Assembly: GCA_963754315.1 (NCBI GenBank)
Contig: CAVWFS010000008.1
Location: 396,289 to 460,288 of the forward strand
DNA: 64,000 nucleotides
Direction: 5' to 3'
From: an uncultured Candidatus Rokubacteria bacterium
GTDB lineage: Bacteria; Methylomirabilota; Methylomirabilia; Rokubacteriales; CSP1-6
Numbering within the stretch: position 1 is the stretch's first letter; each line of letters opens with the position of its first letter. The position numbers and the translations under genes are program-made. The notes under the pieces were generated by a model. It worked only from the letters and a program-made list of their open reading frames with translations. It was not told the origin of the DNA and did no database searches. Shown here piece by piece: positions 58,320-64,000 of the stretch.

Positions 58320-59412
58320 ATGACGACGCCCCCGTTTCGCGCCGATCACGTGGGCAGTCTCTTGCGACCGGCCGAGTTGCAGGCGGCGCGGGCCAAGGCC
58401 AAAGCCGGCGCCATCTCTCTCGCCGAGCTTCAGGAGGTCGAGGATCGCTGCATCCGAGCCGCCGTGAGCCAAGCAAGAGTCGGTCGGCCTGGCAGTCGTG
58501 ACCGACGGCGAGTATCGACGCGACTTCTGGCACCTCGACTTTCTCCGTCAATTCGAGGGGGTGAGCCTCACACCGGCGGTCGGCATGACGTTCCAAGCCG
58601 ACGACGTGCCGCCCATGGCGGCGGTCACGGGGAGGGTCCGCTGTGCTGCCCCGATCATGGTTGATCACTTTGCCTTCCTCAAGTCGGCCGCCCGCGGCAC
58701 GCCCAAGCTCACCATCCCATCGCCGGCCATGCTGCATATGCGCGGTGGACGCAACGCGATCGCGCGCGGCACGTATCCAGATCTGACAGAGTTTTGGGCC
58801 GACGCAATCGCGGCGTACCGTCAGGCCATCGAGCACATCGGCGCCGCCGGCTGCGCGTATCTTCAGCTCGACGACGTAAGCTTCTCGTACCTGTGCGATC
58901 CCAAGGTGCGCGAGAACTTTCGCGCCAATGGCGACGATCCCGCCGCCTTGCCGCGTGTCTATGCCGACGCGATCAGGGGCGCGCTCGGGGCCCGCCCAGC
59001 GGGAATGACCGTCACCATGCACACCTGTCGCGGGAACTTCCGGAGCACCTGGTTCGCGGCGGGCGGCTACCAGGACGAGGTGCTGGAGGCAATGTTCTCG
59101 ACACCAGTGGACGGCTTTTTCTTGGAGTACGATACCGAGCGCGCCGGCGGTTTCGCACCCCTCCGCCTGCTCCCCGCCGGCAAGAAGGTGGTTCTGGGTC
59201 TGGTCACCACCAAGTCGGGGACGCTGGAGAGCAAGGAGGCGCTCGCGCGTCGAATCGACGAGGCCGCCCGGTACGTCCCCCTCGAGAACCTGTGCCTGTC
59301 ACCGCAGTGCGGCTTCGCCAGCACCCACCACGGCAATGCCCTCACCGAGGACGAGCAATGGCGCAAGCTCGCCCGCGTGGTGGAGGTCGCCCGAGAGGTG
59401 TGGGGCGCGTAA
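58320..59412 (+). CDS. Cobalamin-independent methionine synthase-like protein (YxjG/H-type), one frameshift near 58467
   Basis: PPFRADHVGSLLRP, then TDGEYRR..WHLDF, HTCRGN, FLEYD, LSPQCGFAS in the next frame. Confidence 0.88.
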
Positions 59413-59445
59413 GGTCACGAAACGACAGAGGTCAGGAGAAAGACC

Positions 59446-59865
59446 ATGCCGAAGATCAAGCACATCGCCCTGTCGACCCAGGATGTGGAGGGAACGGCCC
59501 GCTTCTACATCGAAGTGTTTGGCCTCAAGCGAATGGGCGAGATCGATGATCCCGGGACCCGCGGCTGCTTTCTCAGCGACGGCGACATCAATCTGGCCAT
59601 TCTCAACTTCAAGAACGACGTGGCGGCCGGCGCCGAGCGCGGCAAGGATTACAGCGGCATCCACCACATCGGCTTCCAGGTCGAGAGCCTGGAGGAGATT
59701 GCCGAGAAGCTGAAAGCGGCGGGGTCGCCGCGGCGTGACGATGTCAACCAGGCCCTCGGGGTGGGCCAGGGACGACAGGAACACGGTAACGTCGAGGTGA
59801 AGTACGGCGGCCCCGACGGGGTCATGCTGGACGTCTCGGAGACCGGCTGGATCGGGGTTTCGTAG
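59446..59865 (+). CDS. VOC-family protein
   Basis: IKHIAL, FYIEVFGL, LSDGDINLA, GIHHIGF, GPDGVMLD. Confidence 0.88.
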   Translation: MPKIKHIALSTQDVEGTARFYIEVFGLKRMGEIDDPGTRGCFLSDGDINLAILNFKNDVAAGAERGKDYSGIHHIGFQVESLEEIAEKLKAAGSPRRDDVNQALGVGQGRQEHGNVEVKYGGPDGVMLDVSETGWIGVS

Positions 59866-59867
59866 AA

Positions 59868-59936
59868 TTGGGGGGCCTCGAAGGGCCCCCAAGCCCCCCG
59901 CGCTCGGGACGCCCCGGGGACCCGTGGCGCCCCTCG
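59868..59936 (-). repeat. Third, inverted copy of the two-hairpin intergenic repeat
   Basis: Reverse complement reads CGAGGGGCGCCACGGGTCCCCGGGGCGTCCCGAGCGCGGGGGGCTTGGGGGCCCTTCGAGGCCCCCCAA, matching the unit at 15581-15648. Confidence 0.9.
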
Positions 59937-59986
59937 GGAACACGCATGCGGCGGGCCTCGAAAAGGGCCGGATCCCTCGTGCTCGG

Positions 59987-60780
59987 CTATTTGGGTTTCT
60001 CGGCGCGGACGTGCAGGAACAGGGCGGCATGATCACGCCAGCCGCGCTGGCTGGGATGAGCGGCGCAGTATTCTTCCGAGGGTCTCGGCTCCGCGATCTG
60101 CTTGAGCACGAAGCCAGCGGCGAGGACGGTATTGAGGTACTCGGAGAGGGTACGATCGAAGCGCGGCGTGGCGAACTCGGGCGCCTCCGGTGGCGCATCC
60201 GTGAAGCGCCATCGCTCGACCCAGCCGGCATCATTGAAATAGTCGCCGACCACCCACTGGATTTTTCGTCCCTCCGCATCGCGGAGCCACCGTGAGCCTT
60301 TGGTGATGAAACAGGGGTGGGTGATGCTGAAGGCCAGCCGGCCGCCCGGGCGCAGGACGCGGAAGCTCTCCGTCATGGCCCGGTCGAAGTGGGGCCCGTC
60401 CATCATGGCCATGAAAGACACCACCGCATCGAAGCTGGCGTCCGCCAGCTGGGCGAGGTCGGCGTACGAGGTGCGCAGGTACCGGATGCCGAGCGGCTCC
60501 CGGCGCTCCTCCTCCCGGGCTAGGGCAATCATGCGCTCGGAGAGATCGACACCCGTCATGCGGGCACCGCGCCGCGCCAGGATCCGCGTGTTGTATCCCT
60601 CGCCACAGCCGGCGTCGAGAACGTCCTGGCCGTGGAGGTCGCCGATGAAGGCGAGGAAGGCGGGATTGTTCAAGAACTCCCGGGCGAGGTCGCGGCCCTG
60701 GCGAACCTCGGCGGCCCACGCCACGGCATTGTCTCCCAGTAGCGCGCCGTCTCCTCTTCGGAGAGCCAGTCCTCGCGCAC
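59987..60780 (-). CDS. Class I SAM-dependent methyltransferase (frameshift near 60733)
   Basis: VLDAGCGEG, GVDLS, SFDAVVS, RVLRPGG. The N-terminus MREDWLSEEETARYWE from GTG 60780 is 1 nt out of frame. Confidence 0.87.
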
Positions 60781-60792
60781 GAGCGCCCGCGT

Positions 60793-63108
60793 TCAGGGAA
60801 CCGCGCGCAGGCGGCGCCAGAGGCGTTCGCGCGTGAGCGGCATTTCTCGCACCTCGACGGCCAGTGGACGGAGGGCGTCGGCTACCGCGTTGGCGATGGC
60901 GGCCGGCGCGGGGAGGGTGCCGCCTTCACCGGCACCCTTGACACCGAGCGGATTGAGCGGCGAGGGGGTTACCACGTGATGCACGACGAACGGTGGAAGA
61001 TCGGCCGCCCGCGGAAGCGCGTAGTCCATCAACGTGCCCGTGAGCAGCTGCCCCCTCGCATCGTAGACGATTTCCTCCAGCAGGGCGTTGCCAACGCCGT
61101 GGGCGATGCCGCCATGAACCTGACCTTCGACCACCATGGGGTTGATCATGGTGCCACAGTCGTCTACCGCGACGTAACGGAGGAGCCGGACGGTGCCGGT
61201 CTCGCGGTCGACCTCGACGACCGCGGCGTGCGCCCCGCTCGAGTAGGTCGACTGAAGCACGTGCACGTAGCCTGATGCCTCCAGTCCCGGATCCATCTTG
61301 CCGGGCAGCGCGTAGCCGGGACGGGGTGCCGTCGCGATGCCCGCGACGTCGCCAAGGGTGAGCCCGCGCGCCGGGGCGCCACGCACGGTGATGCGGCCGT
61401 CTTCCAACGTCAGATCTTCGGGCGCCGCCTCGAGATGATCGGCGGCCACGGCGATGGCTTTGTGGCGCACCTCGGCGGCGGCGTGGGCGGCCGAGGCGCT
61501 GGCCAGCACGGCGACTCGGCTGGCGAACGTTCCGACCCCGTAGGGAATGCCGGCCGTATCGCCCGGCACGACGGTCACCTGCTCGAGTGGTAACGACAGC
61601 TCATCGGCCACGACCTGCGCGAGCGTGGTCTCATGGGCCTGGCCCTGACTCGAGGTACCGGAGAACACGAACACGTGACCAAGCGGATCGACCCTGACCC
61701 GGATGCCCTCATAGGGCCCGAGCCCCGTATCCTCGACGAAGAGGGCAAACCCCACGCCTATAGATCGGCCCTCGGCGCGTGCCCGCTCGCGCTCAGCGGC
61801 GAAACTTGCCCAGCCGACGGCGTCCGCGGCCTTGCGAAGACACTCGGGGTAGTTGCCGCTATCGTAGCGGCGGGGACTGTTGTCCCGTGAGATGAGACCG
61901 ACGTCGTACGGAAACTCGGACGGCTGGATCAGGTTGCGCGCGCGGATGGCCACCCGATCGAGCCCGAGGCGCTCGGCGGCGAGGTCGAGCATGCGCTCCA
62001 TCACGAATACGGCCTGAGGACGGCCCGCGCCCCGCACCGGCGTGACCGGCACCCGATTGGTGTAGACCGCGGTCAAGGTGACTTCATAGTTCGGTACGCG
62101 ATAGGGACCGGGCACGCTGACCGAGGTGATCAGGGGCACGATGACCCCCCAGGACACGAAGGCGCCGCAATCGTGCGCGAACGAATCGCGGAGGGCCACG
62201 ATCTGTCCGTCACGCGTGAGGCCCAGCTCAACGTCATGCCACTGGTCGCGCTCCTGGGTCACGGCGAGCAAGTGCTCACGTCGGGTCTCGATGAAGCGTA
62301 CCGGACGATTGAGCGAGCGGGCGAGGAGCGGGATCAGGATGTCTTCGGAATAGACGATGGCCTTGGGCCCGAAGCCGCCCCCGATGTCCTGGGTGACCAC
62401 GCGCACCGCGTGCTCGGGAAGGGCGAGGTACCGAGCGAGGAGACGACGCAGGATCTGTGGGGCCTGCGTGGTCGACCAGACGGTGATCTGTCCGAGATCG
62501 GCATCCCACCGGGCTGCGATGGCACGCGTCTCCATGGCCATGCCGGCGCCGCGGTGAAGGTGGAATCGCTCGCGCAGGACGACCTCGGCCCGCGCGAGGC
62601 CGCCCGCCGCATCGCCCACGCGCTGGCTGAAGTGCGAGGCGACGTTCCCGGCCGGATGGACGCGTGGACCGTCGGTCGCGAGCGCCTCCTCGAGCGATGC
62701 GACAGCGGCCAGCGGCTCGTATTCGACCTTGAGTGCCTCGAGCGCATCAGCGGCTTGGGCGCCGGTCTCGGCAACGACAAGCGCTACCGGCTCGCCAGCG
62801 TAGGAGACAATCTGCTGCGGCAAGATCTCCGGGCAGGCCGGCGAGATCAGGCTAGGGTGGGGAACGAGCAGGGGCAATCGCCCCAGGGTGGCCACGTCGG
62901 AGGGGACGAGGACGTGGATGACACCGGGCCGTCGCCGCGCTTCGTGGGCCTCGATACGCACGATCCGTGCGTGGGCGTGAGGACTCCGATGGACGGCGAC
63001 GTGGAGCATTCCCGGAAGGGCCACATCAGCCACGTAGCGGCCATGACCTCTGACGAGGCGGGCGTCCTCGCGACGGCGTATCCGGGCACCAAAGAGGCGT
63101 TCGGCCAT
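60793..63108 (-). CDS. Xanthine dehydrogenase/CoxL-like molybdopterin-binding large subunit
   Basis: RRREDARLVRG, RSPHAHARI, IGGGFGPK, PVRGAGRP, GQAHETT, EGQVHGG, GVKGAGEGG. Confidence 0.92.
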   Translation of the reverse strand: MAERLFGARIRRREDARLVRGHGRYVADVALPGMLHVAVHRSPHAHARIVRIEAHEARRRPGVIHVLVPSDVATLGRLPLLVPHPSLISPACPEILPQQIVSYAGEPVALVVAETGAQAADALEALKVEYEPLAAVASLEEALATDGPRVHPAGNVASHFSQRVGDAAGGLARAEVVLRERFHLHRGAGMAMETRAIAARWDADLGQITVWSTTQAPQILRRLLARYLALPEHAVRVVTQDIGGGFGPKAIVYSEDILIPLLARSLNRPVRFIETRREHLLAVTQERDQWHDVELGLTRDGQIVALRDSFAHDCGAFVSWGVIVPLITSVSVPGPYRVPNYEVTLTAVYTNRVPVTPVRGAGRPQAVFVMERMLDLAAERLGLDRVAIRARNLIQPSEFPYDVGLISRDNSPRRYDSGNYPECLRKAADAVGWASFAAERERARAEGRSIGVGFALFVEDTGLGPYEGIRVRVDPLGHVFVFSGTSSQGQAHETTLAQVVADELSLPLEQVTVVPGDTAGIPYGVGTFASRVAVLASASAAHAAAEVRHKAIAVAADHLEAAPEDLTLEDGRITVRGAPARGLTLGDVAGIATAPRPGYALPGKMDPGLEASGYVHVLQSTYSSGAHAAVVEVDRETGTVRLLRYVAVDDCGTMINPMVVEGQVHGGIAHGVGNALLEEIVYDARGQLLTGTLMDYALPRAADLPPFVVHHVVTPSPLNPLGVKGAGEGGTLPAPAAIANAVADALRPLAVEVREMPLTRERLWRRLRAVP

Positions 63109-63365
63109 GGCGTGCCTCAGCCGCCCGCCGGGCGCAGCCCGGTGCCCGCACGGTTCCACAAGTCAGCCGCTATCGCCCTCCGCTGCATCACCTCTCCAGG
63201 AAACTGACCCGGTGCGAACCGCCTCTGTCAATCGACCGCGTGAGCGGACGGTAGTGTATCAGTATTGATTGCCGAGGCGGCCGAGGCGCAGTACCAGCTC
63301 GTCTGCGCTGCGCTATCATCGCTCTCTGGGCTGCCCCAGACCAGCCCATGGGTGAGGAGACAACC

Positions 63366-64000
63366 ATGCTGGAGAAGCTATCGGCCGACGTGTGCGTTCC
63401 CCGCGACGCACGCGAGGCTCTGCTTATCGGTCGCGCCTGGACGGTGCGAGACGGGGGACCATCCGTGATCGCCGTGCGCGGTCAGGAGGCCGTGGATCTG
63501 ACGCGAGTCTATCCGACGGTCAGCCAACTCCTGAACGTGGCGAAGCCGGCTGAGCTTCGGCAGGCGATCAAGCAGGCTCCGTCGATCGGGCCCCTGGCGG
63601 ACCTTGTCGCGAACAGTGTGGAGGGACACCGCGATCCCTCGAAGCCGTGGCTGCTGGCCCCCTGTGACCTGCAGGCGGTCAAGGCCAGCGGGGTGACGTT
63701 CATCGCGAGCCTGCTCGAGCGCGTCATCGAAGAACGCGCGCGGGGGAATCCCGCCCTCGCCGATGGTGTCCGACGCGAGATCGAGGCGATCATTGGTCCT
63801 GATCTGCGCGGCCTACGGCCGGGTTCGCCAGAGGCGGCCAGGGTCAAAGAGGTGCTGGTGGCCCGGGGCATGTGGTCGCAGTATCTCGAGGTTGGCATCG
63901 GGCCTGACGCGGAGCTGTTCACGAAGTGTCCGCCCATGGCGGCGGTGGGACTGGGAGCGCGGGTCGGCATCCATCCGACCTCGGTCTGGAGTAACCCCGA
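63366..64000 (+). CDS. Fumarylacetoacetate hydrolase family protein, XylX-like (partial)
   Basis: Manual translation from ATG 63366 (GAGGAG RBS): LLIGRAW...LLAPCDLQAVKASGVTF...LERVIEE...WSQYLEVGIGPDAELFTK...WSNP, open to the window end. Not in the ORF track. Confidence 0.85.
   Translation, partial: MLEKLSADVCVPRDAREALLIGRAWTVRDGGPSVIAVRGQEAVDLTRVYPTVSQLLNVAKPAELRQAIKQAPSIGPLADLVANSVEGHRDPSKPWLLAPCDLQAVKASGVTFIASLLERVIEERARGNPALADGVRREIEAIIGPDLRGLRPGSPEAARVKEVLVARGMWSQYLEVGIGPDAELFTKCPPMAAVGLGARVGIHPTSVWSNP

Noticed and set aside
63110-63365. Riboswitch (Moco or other) or ncRNA in the divergent intergenic region
   Set aside because: No conserved riboswitch motif or convincing terminator was recognisable by eye; an Rfam scan would be needed.

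Overview
High-GC bacterial window densely packed with small-molecule catabolic and redox genes. It holds four SDRs, three amidohydrolases, two LLM monooxygenases, two orphan xanthine-dehydrogenase-family Mo subunits, two ThDP enzymes plus an E1 alpha/beta pair, two class III CoA-transferases, three single-domain MetE-like Zn enzymes, three VOC proteins, transketolase and a XylX-like FAH protein. Transport genes include three orphan family-5 ABC solute-binding proteins, a TRAP system with two binding proteins and three MFS genes. There are also three PIN-type toxin-antitoxin modules, one of them degenerate. Gene content and style suggest an uncultured soil bacterium such as Ca. Rokubacteria (inference only). 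No rRNA, tRNA, CRISPR array, integrase or transposase was recognised. Many single-base frameshifts and two abrupt gene junctions suggest long-read or MAG consensus errors. Most interesting observations: (1) a 531-aa unknown protein built from four helical repeats, each carrying a His, inside a co-oriented MetE-like/SDR/MFS/VOC/aryl-CoA-ligase cluster; (2) a dispersed two-hairpin intergenic repeat in three copies with a G-U pair and a compensatory base change; (3) a secreted beta-propeller plus di-heme cytochrome c fusion; (4) an atypical thiol dioxygenase in an operon with an enoyl reductase and a four-domain rhodanese. All product calls come from motif recognition by eye; no database searches were run.
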